From an uncultured Phycisphaerales bacterium (GTDB lineage Bacteria; Planctomycetota; Phycisphaerae; Sedimentisphaerales; Anaerobacaceae): 64,000 nt of DNA. Position numbers and translations under genes: made by a program. Under the pieces are notes generated by a model, which did not search any database, was not told the origin of the DNA, and saw nothing but the letters and a program-made list of their open reading frames with translations. Shown here piece after piece: positions 10,553-21,458 of this stretch. The stretch is taken from positions 1,920,001-1,984,000 of the forward strand of contig OY970359.1 of the NCBI GenBank assembly GCA_963718665.1, given 5' to 3'. The first letter of the stretch is position 1. Each line of letters opens with the position of its first letter.

Positions 10553-11782
10553 TTAACGTCTTCGCCGTACCATATGGCGCCTTTTGCTCATAGTCGAGAA
10601 TCTGCCCCTGTGCAGCCCCGGCTGTACTTTCGGCATCTCTATTTTGATGTGAACATAGGTAAAGCCGGGACATTCAATGGGAGTGATATCCCGCCCGATG
10701 AATCTTTCAATCTGTCGAAGCTGCTTATGTTCCTCACTTGAAACAAAGGTAATCGCGTCGCCCATCGCCTCGGCCCGGCCAGTCCGCCCGATGCGGTGAA
10801 TATAATCCTCCGGCATGCCGGGCACGTCAAAATTAATGACGTGCGATATCCCCGTAACGTCGATGCCGCGTGCCGCGATATCCGTCGCCACCATAACGCG
10901 ATAATCCCCGTTTTTAAAGCCATCCAGCGCACGCTGTCGCTGGCTCTGCGTTCGGCCTGAGTGTATCGCCACCGACTCGACATTCGCCCGCTCAAGCTGC
11001 CGGTTAATCCTGTCCGCGCCGTGCTTGGTGCGCGAAAATATCAGCACGCTCGACATATTCCCATTTTGCAGCAGATGCAAAAGAAGCCCTATTTTCCGGT
11101 CCTTCTCAACCATATAAATATGCTGTTTGATTGTTTCTATGGGGTTGCGGGGCCTGCCGACCTGAATCATTACGGGCGACCTCTGCACGCCCGCCGCAAG
11201 ATTGCTTATCTCAGGCGTTACCGTCGCCGAGAAAAGCATTGTCTGGCGATTTGTGGGCACGGCTGAAATGATTCTCCGTACGTCCCGGATGAAACCCATA
11301 TCGAACATCCGGTCCGCCTCATCCAGAACCAGCACTTCTATTTGCCGCAGGTCAATAGTCCGCCGATTCATATGGTCCAGCAGCCGGCCGGGTGTCGCGA
11401 CAACAATATCAACGCCCTGGCGAAGCGCGCTGAACTGCCCATTGATATTCACGCCGCCATACACCGCTAATGTCCGCAAATGCAAAAAACGCCCGTAATC
11501 GCGTATCGATTGCTCGATTTGCACCGCCAACTCTCGCGTCGGCGTCAAAATCAGCGCGCGAACAACTTTCTTTCTGCCCGCCTGCTCGTGGCTTAGCCGG
11601 TTCAAAATGGGCAAAACAAACGCCGCTGTCTTGCCCGTGCCCGTCTGAGCGCAGCCGATAATGTCTTTGCCCGCAACCGCCGCAGGGATCGCCTTCGTCT
11701 GAATTTCCGTCGGGGCCGTGTAGCCCGTGGCCAGAATACCCTTCACTAAAGGGTCGGCCAGTCCAAATGTCTTAAATGGCAT
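10553..11782 (-). CDS. DEAD-box RNA helicase (RhlE-like)
   Basis: AQTGTGKT, PTRELA, TPGRL, DEAD, SAT, ARGID, HRIGRTGR. Confidence 0.96.
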   Translation of the reverse strand: MPFKTFGLADPLVKGILATGYTAPTEIQTKAIPAAVAGKDIIGCAQTGTGKTAAFVLPILNRLSHEQAGRKKVVRALILTPTRELAVQIEQSIRDYGRFLHLRTLAVYGGVNINGQFSALRQGVDIVVATPGRLLDHMNRRTIDLRQIEVLVLDEADRMFDMGFIRDVRRIISAVPTNRQTMLFSATVTPEISNLAAGVQRSPVMIQVGRPRNPIETIKQHIYMVEKDRKIGLLLHLLQNGNMSSVLIFSRTKHGADRINRQLERANVESVAIHSGRTQSQRQRALDGFKNGDYRVMVATDIAARGIDVTGISHVINFDVPGMPEDYIHRIGRTGRAEAMGDAITFVSSEEHKQLRQIERFIGRDITPIECPGFTYVHIKIEMPKVQPGLHRGRFSTMSKRRHMVRRRR

Positions 11783-11828
11783 CAGTTAATCCTAAAAAAA
11801 TATTGTTTTCTGCCCGCCATTTCGACCT

Positions 11829-11922
11829 TAATCCCGATTCATCGGGACACAATTGGTGCACGAAGGGAAATCTATTAGCAAAAAGATTCCTTGACTCGCC
11901 TTTGGCTCGCTCGAAATGACAC
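11829..11922. repeat. Intergenic REP-like palindromes
   Basis: TCCCGATTCATCGGGA near 11832 and an AGATTCCTTGACTCGCCTTTGGCTCGCTCGAAATGAC-type imperfect hairpin at about 11885-11921. Confidence 0.5.
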
Positions 11923-12040
11923 CATACGATATGTATCACAACACGTCTGGATTGAGTCATATTTCCGGCATTATACCACATCACCCATAAAACAGAAGAA
12001 CTATATTTAGCATGGCGTTTTAGCCAGGTTGTAAGTAATT

Positions 12041-12108
12041 CGATTATCTGTTGGAAATAGGACAGGTATGTGTAAAATCAGAAAGCAAGATAATCCGCAA
12101 TGTTGCGG
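12041..12108 (+). repeat. 68-bp promoter-containing unit, copy 1
   Basis: Colinear with 12526-12593; TTGGAA-N16-TAAAAT followed by hairpin CCGCAA-TG-TTGCGG. Confidence 0.8.
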
Positions 12109-12136
12109 ACGAATATATTTTGAATTGGAGGCACTT

Positions 12137-12517
12137 ATGAAAATCCTTAATATATTCAGAATCGTCCTTGTCTTATGTGTCGGTCTGGTCATCTCTTTAT
12201 GTTTAGCCAATGGAGAAGCCCAACAAGCAAAGCCAAATCAAGAGCACACGGTTTGGGTTGAGAAGTGCCTGAGAGATTTTGAGTCCGTTAAGCCGGGCAT
12301 GACGAGAGGTGAGATAGAGAAGAAATTTCCGATGGATGGAGGTCTTCAGGTTGTATCACCAGTCCGATTTACGCATCCAGAGTGCGGTTATTTCAAAGTA
12401 GATGTTGAGTTTGATTTCAAGCATAATGAGAAAGATCAAAACAGGGCCATAATATCGCCAGATGACAAGGCCATGAAAATATCAAGGCCATATATTGAAA
12501 GGCCGATTATGGACTGA
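12137..12517 (+). CDS. Small secreted hypothetical protein
   Basis: RBS GGAGG, signal-peptide-like N-terminus, no family recognised. Confidence 0.7.
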   Translation: MKILNIFRIVLVLCVGLVISLCLANGEAQQAKPNQEHTVWVEKCLRDFESVKPGMTRGEIEKKFPMDGGLQVVSPVRFTHPECGYFKVDVEFDFKHNEKDQNRAIISPDDKAMKISRPYIERPIMD

Positions 12518-12525
12518 AGGCAATG

Positions 12526-12593
12526 CGATTATCTGTTGAAAACAGGACGGGTATGTGTAAAATCAACAAGCAATATAAGCCGCAATCCTGCGG
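12526..12593 (+). repeat. 68-bp promoter-containing unit, copy 2
   Basis: TTGAAA-N16-TAAAAT and hairpin GCCGCA-ATCC-TGCGGC. Confidence 0.8.
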
Positions 12594-12623
12594 CCAAATC
12601 GATATTCAGTATCGGAGAGTCAA

Positions 12624-12839
12624 ATGACTAAAAGGTCTCGGTTTGGCATTTTGTCTATTGGATGCTTATCTATTGGTGTTATCTGGTTTTTTCTTGTCAT
12701 CGGCCTCTTTACCTCTAAAGGTGACCTGCCTCCCCTTATAGACATGATTGGAAAGATTTTATTTTGGGGTTTCCCTGTATGCTTACTGCTTATCGTTCTG
12801 GGAATCATCTTTTTGATTTTAGCAATTAGTAAAAAATAA
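12624..12839 (+). CDS. Small two-TM membrane protein
   Basis: RBS GGAGAG; two hydrophobic stretches. Confidence 0.65.
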   Translation: MTKRSRFGILSIGCLSIGVIWFFLVIGLFTSKGDLPPLIDMIGKILFWGFPVCLLLIVLGIIFLILAISKK

Positions 12840-12932
12840 GATGTTTGACGATTTGTTTAAACATACAGGCAAAGGCATCTCCTCATTTTTGCAAAGGGCT
12901 GATATTGTACTTTAGGTTTTCAAGGAGCAGGT

Positions 12933-13601
12933 ATGACAAATACAAGATGTGAAATTGGCCTCATATTTTTTGTGGGCATTTTTGTTCTGCCTGCTGTCAG
13001 TTTGGCGGAGAACCAATGGGAACCTGCCATAAAGGCATTTGAGGCACAGGATGCCAAAAAAAGCCCTCCTAAAGACGCCGTTTTATTTATTGGCAGCTCA
13101 AGCATTCGCTGGTGGCGCACAGACCAGTTATTTTCCGAATTTCCGGTAATTAACAGGGGATTCGGCGGCGCACAGACATCCGATATCAATTACTATTTGA
13201 ATCGCATCGTTATCCCCTATAAGCCGAAAGTTATTGTCTTCTATTGCGGGGGTAATGATTTAGGGCAAAAAACTCCTGAGCAGGTCTTCCAGGATTTCAA
13301 CTCATTTTATGTCTCTGTTCACAGCGCTTTGCCAAAAACACGCATCATTTATATGTCTCTTAAGCCGGGGCCCGCGAATTCGCGTAAACTAGATGATGAA
13401 GTGAATAACAAGGTCAAAACGTTTTGCGAAAAACAGGAGAATCTTTTTTATGTCGATGTCACCACAGGAATGTTGAACTCAAAAAGACTGCCTGATCCCA
13501 ATGACTATCAGAAAGACGGTGTTCATCTGACATATAGAGCGGATATAAAGTGGGCGGCACTGCTCAGGCCGACGCTGAGAAAAATATATAACCTTAAATA
13601 A
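12933..13601 (+). CDS. SGNH/GDSL-family esterase, secreted
   Basis: FIGSSSI, NRGFGG, GGND, DGVH. Confidence 0.9.
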   Translation: MTNTRCEIGLIFFVGIFVLPAVSLAENQWEPAIKAFEAQDAKKSPPKDAVLFIGSSSIRWWRTDQLFSEFPVINRGFGGAQTSDINYYLNRIVIPYKPKVIVFYCGGNDLGQKTPEQVFQDFNSFYVSVHSALPKTRIIYMSLKPGPANSRKLDDEVNNKVKTFCEKQENLFYVDVTTGMLNSKRLPDPNDYQKDGVHLTYRADIKWAALLRPTLRKIYNLK

Positions 13602-13610
13602 GGAATTCTT

Positions 13611-16000
13611 ATGGCAAGGGTAAGATATGAAATCGGTCTTTTGTTTTTTGCAGGCATCTTATTTATTCTGACTGCTGTCGCACAGGCATCGGACGTAAAT
13701 ATAAATCCAGACCTGCTGACGAAACGCTGGCAGGCATCGTGGGTTTCACATCCGACGGCATCGCCGAAGGACTATGGCGTGTATCATTTCCGCAGGACCT
13801 TCGACCTCGAAACGCAACCGGAAAAATCTATCATTCACGTCTCGGCGGATAACCGTTATCGCCTTTTCGTCAACGGCCAAAGCGTCTGCCGCGGGCCTGC
13901 ACGGGGCGACCTTATGCACTGGCGATTCGAAACAGTCGATATCGCCCCTTACCTTGTAAAAGGCAAAAACGCAATCGCCGCTGTCGTCTGGAATTTCGGC
14001 GAATTTATCCCCGGAGCGCAGATGACTCTTCGCACGGCTTTTGTTCTTCAGGCCGACGACCCGAAATTAAACTTTGTCAACACCGACCAAAAATGGAAGG
14101 CCATTCAAGACCTCGCTTATTCACCTGTCGGCCCCTCCCTGAATTCTTTCAATTTTGTCGGCCCGGGCGAAAAAATAGTTGCGGATAAATACCCCTGGGG
14201 CTGGCAGCAGACGGATTTCAATGACAGCACTTGGCCTAAAGTTCGCCTGCTCAATAAAGCCGTGCCCCCCGGTGTCGCTACTGACAATTCATGGATGCTC
14301 GTGCCCCGAACAATCCCGCCGATGGAAGACAAATTGCAGCGAATCGACAAGGTTAGAAGAACAGCCGGCATGGACATCAACGATTTTTCCTTCAACGGCC
14401 AACAGAAACTGACGATTCCCCCCAACACAAAGGCGACAATTCTCTTCGACCAGACCTTTCTCACCACCGCCTATCCTGAACTTGCAGTCAGCGGAGGCAA
14501 GGACTCGCAAATTGTTTTAACCTACAGCGAAGCCCTCTTCGATTCCAAAATGCAAAAAGGCAACAGGGACGGAATAGAAGGCCGAAAAATCAATGGCTTC
14601 ACAGATACCTTCCTGCCCGATGGCGGCAACAATCGCCTCTTTAGCACGTTGTGGTTTCGGACATGGCGTTATCTCCAGATGGATATACGAACCAAAGACG
14701 CCCCCTTAACAATCAACGATTTCTACGGCAGATTCACCGCGTATCCATTCAAGGAAAACGCGTCTTTCAGCAGCAGCGACCCATCCATAAAAAATATCTG
14801 GGACGTCGGCTGGCGAACCGCGCGGCTTTGCGCAACGAAACATACTTCGATTGCCCCTACTACGAACAGCTCCAGTACGTCGGCGACACCCGTATCCAGA
14901 CGCTTATTTCGCTTTACGTCTCCGGCGATGACCGCCTTATGCGAAACGCCATTGCCGCCTATGACGACTCACGCATTCCCGACGGCCTGACGCAAAGCAG
15001 GTACCCATGCTCATCTATGCAGATTATCCCGCCTTATTCGCTGTTCTGGGTCGCTATGGTTCACGATTACTGGATGCACCGCGACGACCCCCAATTCGTC
15101 AAATCATATTTGATAGGCATCGACTCCGTCCTGAACTGGCACGAAAAATATATTGGTGCAAACGGAATGCTCGGCCCGCTCCCATGGTGGAATTTCGTTG
15201 ACTGGTCGTGGAAATGGGACAGCAAAAAAGATATTGGCGGCGTGCCCCCGAGCGACGACCGGGGTTGCTCTTCAATCCTTACGCTTCAATTTGTTTACGC
15301 CCTCAATTACGCCGCCCAATTGAATGATAATCTCGGCAGAAAGTATTTCGCCGACCATTACAGACAACTGGCCGATTCGCTCAAAAAATCCACCTACAAA
15401 CTTTGCTGGGACGACAAGCGAGGTCTATTGGCCGACACACCGGATAAAACCATTTTCAGCCAGCACGCCAATATCCTCGCCGTGCTCGTCGATTTAGTTG
15501 AACCCAACGAGCAGCAAACACTTATGGAAAAAGTGATTTCCGAAAAAGACCTTACCCAGTGCACGTTTTATTTCCGTTATTATCTTGTCCGGGCCATTAA
15601 AAAAGTCGGTCTCGGCGACCGCTATATCGAAATGCTCCAGCCTTGGCGAGATATGCTAAAAATCGGCCTTTCAACTTTCGCGGAAAATCCCGAGCCAACC
15701 CGCTCCGACTGCCACGCCTGGAGCGCAAGCCCCAATTATGATTTGCTGGCGACCGTCTGCGGAATAGAGCCGGCTGAACCGGGTTTCAAATCCGTCAGAA
15801 TCGAACCGCACCTTGGCCCTTTAACCTGGGTCGAGGGCAAAATGCCCCATCCGCTCGGACAAATTTCCGTCCGGTTTGAACGCGATGGAAAAACCGGTAT
15901 TAAAGGCAGCATAACTTTACCCCCGGGCCTGACTGGAAAATTTTTCTGGAACGGCAAATCAGCCGACCTGAAATCCGGCCTGCAAATGATTACTTTGTAA
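13611..16000 (+). CDS. Alpha-L-rhamnosidase (GH78), with a 1-bp frameshift at about 14833
   Basis: HVSADNRY N-terminal domain; RLCA/NETYFDCPYYEQLQYVGD is split across frames; RSDCHAWSA. Confidence 0.88.
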
Positions 16001-16028
16001 AATCCGGAACAAGGTATTACTCACTACA

Positions 16029-16188
16029 AAATCAACTGACTCATCCTCGGTTTTGAACTGGGCACAAACATGTTTGTCTGTGGCGAAAAAAAGGTCGGCT
16101 TTTTTGCTTACGTTACTTGTTGAGGAACTCTCAAGAAATGAGATACTACTCCCAAACTGGGGATGAGTCGTTTCAGCCGGGTTGATTT
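16029..16188 (+). other. Candidate structured RNA or palindromic element (~160 nt, multibranch)
   Basis: 16-bp stem 16038-16053/16154-16169 with two G-U pairs on the + strand, 8-bp outer stem, three internal hairpins. Confidence 0.4.
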
Positions 16189-16210
16189 CCACAGGCAGGG
16201 GGGGTATAGT
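16182..16210 (+). promoter_or_regulatory. Sigma-70 promoter for the GH94 gene
   Basis: TTGATT-N17-TATAGT. Confidence 0.6.
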
Positions 16211-16271
16211 AAAGGGCTTAAAAAGCAGTTGCCGGGTTTAATGTCTTATTTGAGATTCAGAGGAGTCAGCT

Positions 16272-18725
16272 ATGCCGGAAAACAAGCGTTATGGTTACTT
16301 CGATAACAAAGCCAGGGAATTTGTCATCACCAGGCCCGATACCCCCACGCCATGGATAAATTACCTCGGCTGCCAGGATTACCTCGGCATCATATCCAAC
16401 ACCGCGGGCGGCTACAGCTTCTATCGCGACGCCCGGCTGCGACGCCTGCTGCGATACCACTATAACGCAATACCCAAGGATAACCCCGGCAGATACATCT
16501 ATGTCTGCGACGGCAAAAAGACCTGGAGTCCCGGCTTCAAACCCGTGAAGACAAAACTCGACGATTACAAATGCAGGCACGGACTCGGCTACACGGTGAT
16601 TGAAGGCGCACTGGATGGTCTGAGGGTCTCGACAACGTATTTTGTTCCAATCGACACCAACGCTGAAATCTGGTCTGTTGCGATAACCAATGAAAGCCGC
16701 AAATCGAAAGATATTGACCTGTTCAGCTATGCGGAGTTCTGCCTTTACGATGCCCTCGATGATGCCACCAATTTTCAGCGAAACTGGAACATCGCGGAAA
16801 TGGAAATCGAGGGAAGCTCGATATTTCACCGGACAGAGTATCGTGAACGCCGCAATCACTATGTTGGTTTCTGGTGCAGCGAGAAAATAGCCGGTTTTGA
16901 CACAATGCGGGACGCCTTCCTTGGCCGGCTCAATGACTATGGCTGTCCAGATGTCGTAAAACGTCGTCAGGCGACCAACAGCATCGCGCACAGTTGGCAG
17001 CCGGTCGGCTCGCACCAGGTTAAACTGTCCCTCAAGCCGGGCCAAACCAAACGCCTGCATTTTGTCTTGGGTTACGTCGAAAACCCGCAGCAGGAAAAAT
17101 TCTCATCCCCGGGCGTTATAAATAAAAAGAGATTCTACGAAACAATCGCAGGGTTAAAAACCGCCGGCCAGATTGATGCCCAGTTGATGAAACTCAGAAA
17201 CTTCTGGGCGGACGCACTTTCCGGCTATCAGGTTAAAATCGACAACGAGCACGTCGAGCGAATGGCCAATATCTGGAACCAGTATCAGTGTATGGTAACG
17301 TTCAATCTTTCCCGTGCGGCCAGCTCATTCGAGACGGGTGTCAGCAGGGGGCTTGGCTTCCGTGATTCGAACCAGGACATACTCGGGTTTGTTCACATCG
17401 TTCCCGAACGCGCCCGCCAGAGAATAATCGACCTTGCCTCGACGCAAAACCACGACGGCTCGTGCTATCACCAGTATCAGCCGCTGACCAAGAAGGGTAA
17501 CGCCGCCGTGGGCACGGGTTTCAGCGATGACCCGCTCTGGCTGATTGTCTCGACTTCCGCCTATATCAAGGAAACCGGCGACTGGACGATTCTTAACGCT
17601 TCCGCCGGCTATCAGGATGTTCCCGGCAGCGGAAAAAGCACGACGATGATGGACCACCTGCACCTTTCGATGAAACACGTACTTGATCTCCGCGGCCCTC
17701 ACGGGCTGCCCCTGATTCAGCACGCCGACTGGAACGACTGCCTCAACCTCAATTGCTTCAGCAACAACCCCGGCGAGAACTTCCAGACCTCAGGCGATAT
17801 CGAGGGCGGCAAGGCCGAATCTGTAATGGTCGCTCAACTGTTCGTTTACGCGGCAAAAGAATTGACGGGTCTGCTTGAGCATCTTGGTCAAAAAGACAAG
17901 ATTGCTGAATATGCCCGCCAGGCGGATGATATGCGAAAAGTCATTCTAAAGCACGGCTGGGACGGCAAATGGTTTATCCGCGCTTACGACCATTTCGAAA
18001 AGCCCGTTGGCTCCAGTGTCTGTGATGAAGGGAAGATTTTCATCGAAACACAGGGTTGGGGTGTTATGGCCAAAATCGGGCTCGATGACGGCAAAGCGAT
18101 TGCTGCGCTCGACAGCGCATGGCAATATCTCGCGGATGCTAATGGTATGGTTCTTAATCAGCCCGCCTTCACATATTACCAGGATCGCTTAGGCGAGATT
18201 ACCTCTTACCCGCCTGGCTACAAGGAAAACGCCAGTATTTTCTGCCACAATAACACATGGGTCATCATCGGCGAAACAATCGTCGGCAGGGGCGACAAGG
18301 CCTGGGAGCTTTATGCGCGAATATGCCCCAGCACCAAGGAAGACAAAGCCGATGTTTATAAGTGCGAGCCGTATTGCTTCGCGCAAACAATATCGGGCCA
18401 CGACAGCCCGTTACCGGGCGAAGGAAAGAATTCCTGGCTTACCGGAACCGCTTCCTGGAGCTTTACGGCGCTGGCGCAATATATCCTCGGCGTCAGGGCC
18501 GAGCACGACGGGCTTAGGATTGCCCCGTGTATTCCGCCTGACTGGAAAAAATTTACTGTTACTCGCAAGTTCAGAGGGGCGACATATAAGATAAAGGTAT
18601 TGAATCCCGACGGCGCAATGCGAGGCGTAAGGAAAATGTTAGTCAACGGCAAAGAAGCCGCTGGCAATGTCGTCGGCGTATTCAAGGCAGGTAGCATTGT
18701 AGATGTCGAAGTTCGATTAGGATAA
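16272..18725 (+). CDS. GH94 glycoside phosphorylase (cellobiose/chitobiose phosphorylase-like)
   Basis: TPTPWINYLG, GFRDSNQD, ADWNDCL, KENASIFCH, SWLTGTA. Confidence 0.92.
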   Translation: MPENKRYGYFDNKAREFVITRPDTPTPWINYLGCQDYLGIISNTAGGYSFYRDARLRRLLRYHYNAIPKDNPGRYIYVCDGKKTWSPGFKPVKTKLDDYKCRHGLGYTVIEGALDGLRVSTTYFVPIDTNAEIWSVAITNESRKSKDIDLFSYAEFCLYDALDDATNFQRNWNIAEMEIEGSSIFHRTEYRERRNHYVGFWCSEKIAGFDTMRDAFLGRLNDYGCPDVVKRRQATNSIAHSWQPVGSHQVKLSLKPGQTKRLHFVLGYVENPQQEKFSSPGVINKKRFYETIAGLKTAGQIDAQLMKLRNFWADALSGYQVKIDNEHVERMANIWNQYQCMVTFNLSRAASSFETGVSRGLGFRDSNQDILGFVHIVPERARQRIIDLASTQNHDGSCYHQYQPLTKKGNAAVGTGFSDDPLWLIVSTSAYIKETGDWTILNASAGYQDVPGSGKSTTMMDHLHLSMKHVLDLRGPHGLPLIQHADWNDCLNLNCFSNNPGENFQTSGDIEGGKAESVMVAQLFVYAAKELTGLLEHLGQKDKIAEYARQADDMRKVILKHGWDGKWFIRAYDHFEKPVGSSVCDEGKIFIETQGWGVMAKIGLDDGKAIAALDSAWQYLADANGMVLNQPAFTYYQDRLGEITSYPPGYKENASIFCHNNTWVIIGETIVGRGDKAWELYARICPSTKEDKADVYKCEPYCFAQTISGHDSPLPGEGKNSWLTGTASWSFTALAQYILGVRAEHDGLRIAPCIPPDWKKFTVTRKFRGATYKIKVLNPDGAMRGVRKMLVNGKEAAGNVVGVFKAGSIVDVEVRLG

Positions 18726-18779
18726 CAGTGTGTGAAAATAAAACGCGATTTAATTGCCAGGCGGCGAAGGAAATGTTCG

Positions 18780-20543
18780 ATGAAACTTGACCCGACGAAG
18801 ATGAAAAATTGGGAAATAGCCGAGGCGGCTGAGAACAATATCAAATCGATTTTCCAGTTGGCCGAAGAGATAGGGCTGCAAAAGGACGAATTGCTTCCGG
18901 CAGGGCATACTTTGGGCAAAGTCCACTTTACAAAGGTTCTCGACCGGCTTAAAAACGCCCCGACGGCCAAATATATCGATGTTACCGCCATCACACCGAC
19001 GCCTTTCGGCGAAGGCAAAACTACGACGACCATTGGTCTGATTCAGGGCCTTGCTAAATGCGGCAAGCGACCAACCGGTGCAATTCGCCAGCCAAGCGCA
19101 GGCCCGACCTTCAATGTCAAGGGCGGCGCCGCCGGAGGCGGTCTCTCGCAATGCCTTCCTCTTATCCCGTTTTCAATCCGCCTGACAGGTGATATAGATT
19201 CAGTTACAAATGCTCATAACCTGTGTATGGTTGCGCTGACCGCCCGAATGCAGCATGAAAAAAACTACGATGACGAACGGCTCGCGAAAAGAAACCTGCG
19301 ACGGCTCGATATCGACCCCGATTCCATACAAATCGGCTGGGCGATTGACCTTTGTGCCCAGTCGCTTCGCAATATAAGAATAGGTCTGGGCGGTAAAAAC
19401 AACGGCTTCGAAATGAATTCCGGCTTCCAGGTAACCGTATCCAGCGAAGTTATGGCTATCCTCGCGATTTCGAAAAATCTCGCCGATTTCCGGCAGCGTC
19501 TCGCAAGAATCGTGGTCGCCAGGGACCGCAAAGGCAATGATATAACAGCCGCGGACCTCGAGGTGGATGGGGCAATGACCGCCTGGATGCTCGATGCACT
19601 TAACCCCAACTTGCTTCAGACGATGGAAGGTCAGCCGATATTTGTTCACGCAGGCCCCTTTGCCAATATAGCCATAGGCCAAAGCTCGGTAATCGCCGAC
19701 CTCGTCGCAACAAAGCTGGGTGATTATCACGTAACCGAAAGCGGCTTCGGTACCGACATCGGCTACGAAAAATTCTGGAATCTTAAATGCAGAATTTCCG
19801 GGCTTAAACCCGGCGCCGTGGTCATTGTCGCGACCGTTCGCGCCCTGAAAATGCACGGCGGCGGCCCCCCCGTCAGACCAGGCGCCCCTCTCAGTGAAGA
19901 ATACACAAAAGAGCATCTCGACCTGCTCGAAAAGGGCTGCGAGAACCTGATGGCCCACATTGACATAGTGAAAAAAAGCGGCATCAGGCCGATTGTGTGT
20001 ATAAATAGCTTCAGCGCAGATACTAAGGCCGAGCACAAGCTCATCAAAAAAATCGCTGAGCAGCAGGGTGCAATCGCGGTTGTTTCCGAACACTGGCTCA
20101 AAGGCGGCGAGGGCGCAATTGAGCTGGCACAGGCCGTGATTGATATGTGTGAGCAGAAAAACAACTTCAAATACTTGTATGATTACGAATTGCCCCTGCG
20201 AAAACGGATAGAGCTGATTGCCAAAGAGGTTTATGGCGCCAACGGCGTTTCGTATTCCGAAGTAGCGCTCGAAAAGCTAAAATCGCTGGAGGCAAATCCG
20301 GCGACGCAGAAGTTTGGTTTGTGTATGGCAAAGACGCACCTTAGTTTGTCTTACGACCCGGAATTCAAGGGACGCCCCATCGGCTGGCAATTGCCCATCA
20401 GGGATGTTCTGGTTTACAAAGGCGCGGAATTTATTGTGCCGCTGGCGGGCGAAATCAAGTTGATGCCCGGCACAAGCTCGGACCCGGCCTTCAGAAGAAT
20501 TGACGTTGACGTGAATACCGGTAAGGTAAAAGGATTGTCCTAA
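18780..20543 (+). CDS. fhs: Formate--tetrahydrofolate ligase
   Basis: [47 protein letters not shown]. Confidence 0.96.
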   Translation: MKLDPTKMKNWEIAEAAENNIKSIFQLAEEIGLQKDELLPAGHTLGKVHFTKVLDRLKNAPTAKYIDVTAITPTPFGEGKTTTTIGLIQGLAKCGKRPTGAIRQPSAGPTFNVKGGAAGGGLSQCLPLIPFSIRLTGDIDSVTNAHNLCMVALTARMQHEKNYDDERLAKRNLRRLDIDPDSIQIGWAIDLCAQSLRNIRIGLGGKNNGFEMNSGFQVTVSSEVMAILAISKNLADFRQRLARIVVARDRKGNDITAADLEVDGAMTAWMLDALNPNLLQTMEGQPIFVHAGPFANIAIGQSSVIADLVATKLGDYHVTESGFGTDIGYEKFWNLKCRISGLKPGAVVIVATVRALKMHGGGPPVRPGAPLSEEYTKEHLDLLEKGCENLMAHIDIVKKSGIRPIVCINSFSADTKAEHKLIKKIAEQQGAIAVVSEHWLKGGEGAIELAQAVIDMCEQKNNFKYLYDYELPLRKRIELIAKEVYGANGVSYSEVALEKLKSLEANPATQKFGLCMAKTHLSLSYDPEFKGRPIGWQLPIRDVLVYKGAEFIVPLAGEIKLMPGTSSDPAFRRIDVDVNTGKVKGLS

Positions 20544-20566
20544 TCACCGCTAAGCCGGAGAAAACA

Positions 20567-21457
20567 ATGACCGCAAAGATAATAGACGGAAAACAAATCG
20601 CCGCGGATATGCGGGCAAAACTCAGGGCTGATGTCGCCGCCCTTGCCAAAAAAGGTGTTGTGCCGGGACTCGGCGTTATTCTCGTCGGCGATGACCCCGC
20701 CTCGAAATCCTATGTTACCGCCAAGCAGAAGGCCTGCGAGGAAATAGGCATCTATTCCGATGACAATCGCCTGTCCGCTTCGATTCCTCAAAACCAATTA
20801 ATGGCGCATATCAATCGGCTCAACAACGACCCCCAAATCCACGGCATATTGACACAGTTGCCTCTGCCGAAACACTTCGATGAGTTGGAAGTGTTGATGG
20901 CAATCGACCCCGCCAAAGACGTGGATGGGTTTCACCCGATAAACGTAGGCAAAATGGTAACCGGTCAAAAAGCGTTCCTGCCCTGTACCCCACATGGCGT
21001 CGTTCAGCTCCTCATTAAAAGCGGCGTCACAATCGAAGGCGCAAACATCGTCATTGTCGGCAGAAGCAACATCGTCGGCAAACCGCTGGCAAATATACTC
21101 ATCCAGAAAAACCCCCTCGGTAACGCCACCGTAACTGTATGTCATACGCGGACCAAAAACCTCGCGGAGCATACAAAAAGAGCGGATATTGTTGTTGCCG
21201 CCGCTGGTCATCCAAATACCATTACCGCTGATATGATTAAAGATGGCGCGGTAGTCATCGACGTGGGCGTTAATCGCGTTGAGGACTCAACGAAAAAAGC
21301 CGGCTATCGTCTTGTTGGCGACGTGGATTTTGAGAACGTAAAAGAAAAGGCCTCCCTCATAACCCCCGTTCCAGGCGGCGTAGGCCCTATGACAATTACA
21401 ATGCTCCTCTACAACACCGTCGAATCCGCAAAGCATGCGGCTGGTCTGCTGAAATAA
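20567..21457 (+). CDS. folD: Methylene-THF dehydrogenase/cyclohydrolase
   Basis: [32 protein letters not shown]. Confidence 0.97.
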   Translation: MTAKIIDGKQIAADMRAKLRADVAALAKKGVVPGLGVILVGDDPASKSYVTAKQKACEEIGIYSDDNRLSASIPQNQLMAHINRLNNDPQIHGILTQLPLPKHFDELEVLMAIDPAKDVDGFHPINVGKMVTGQKAFLPCTPHGVVQLLIKSGVTIEGANIVIVGRSNIVGKPLANILIQKNPLGNATVTVCHTRTKNLAEHTKRADIVVAAAGHPNTITADMIKDGAVVIDVGVNRVEDSTKKAGYRLVGDVDFENVKEKASLITPVPGGVGPMTITMLLYNTVESAKHAAGLLK

Positions 21458-21458
21458 T

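Noticed and set aside
14828..14840. GH78 as two genes or a pseudogene
   Set aside because: A single-base loss in a short run inside a conserved motif, same signature as groEL; probable sequencing error
16029..16188. Integron attC site
   Set aside because: Ends only loosely match RYYYAAC/GTTRRRY, it is longer than typical attC sites, and there is no intI or array
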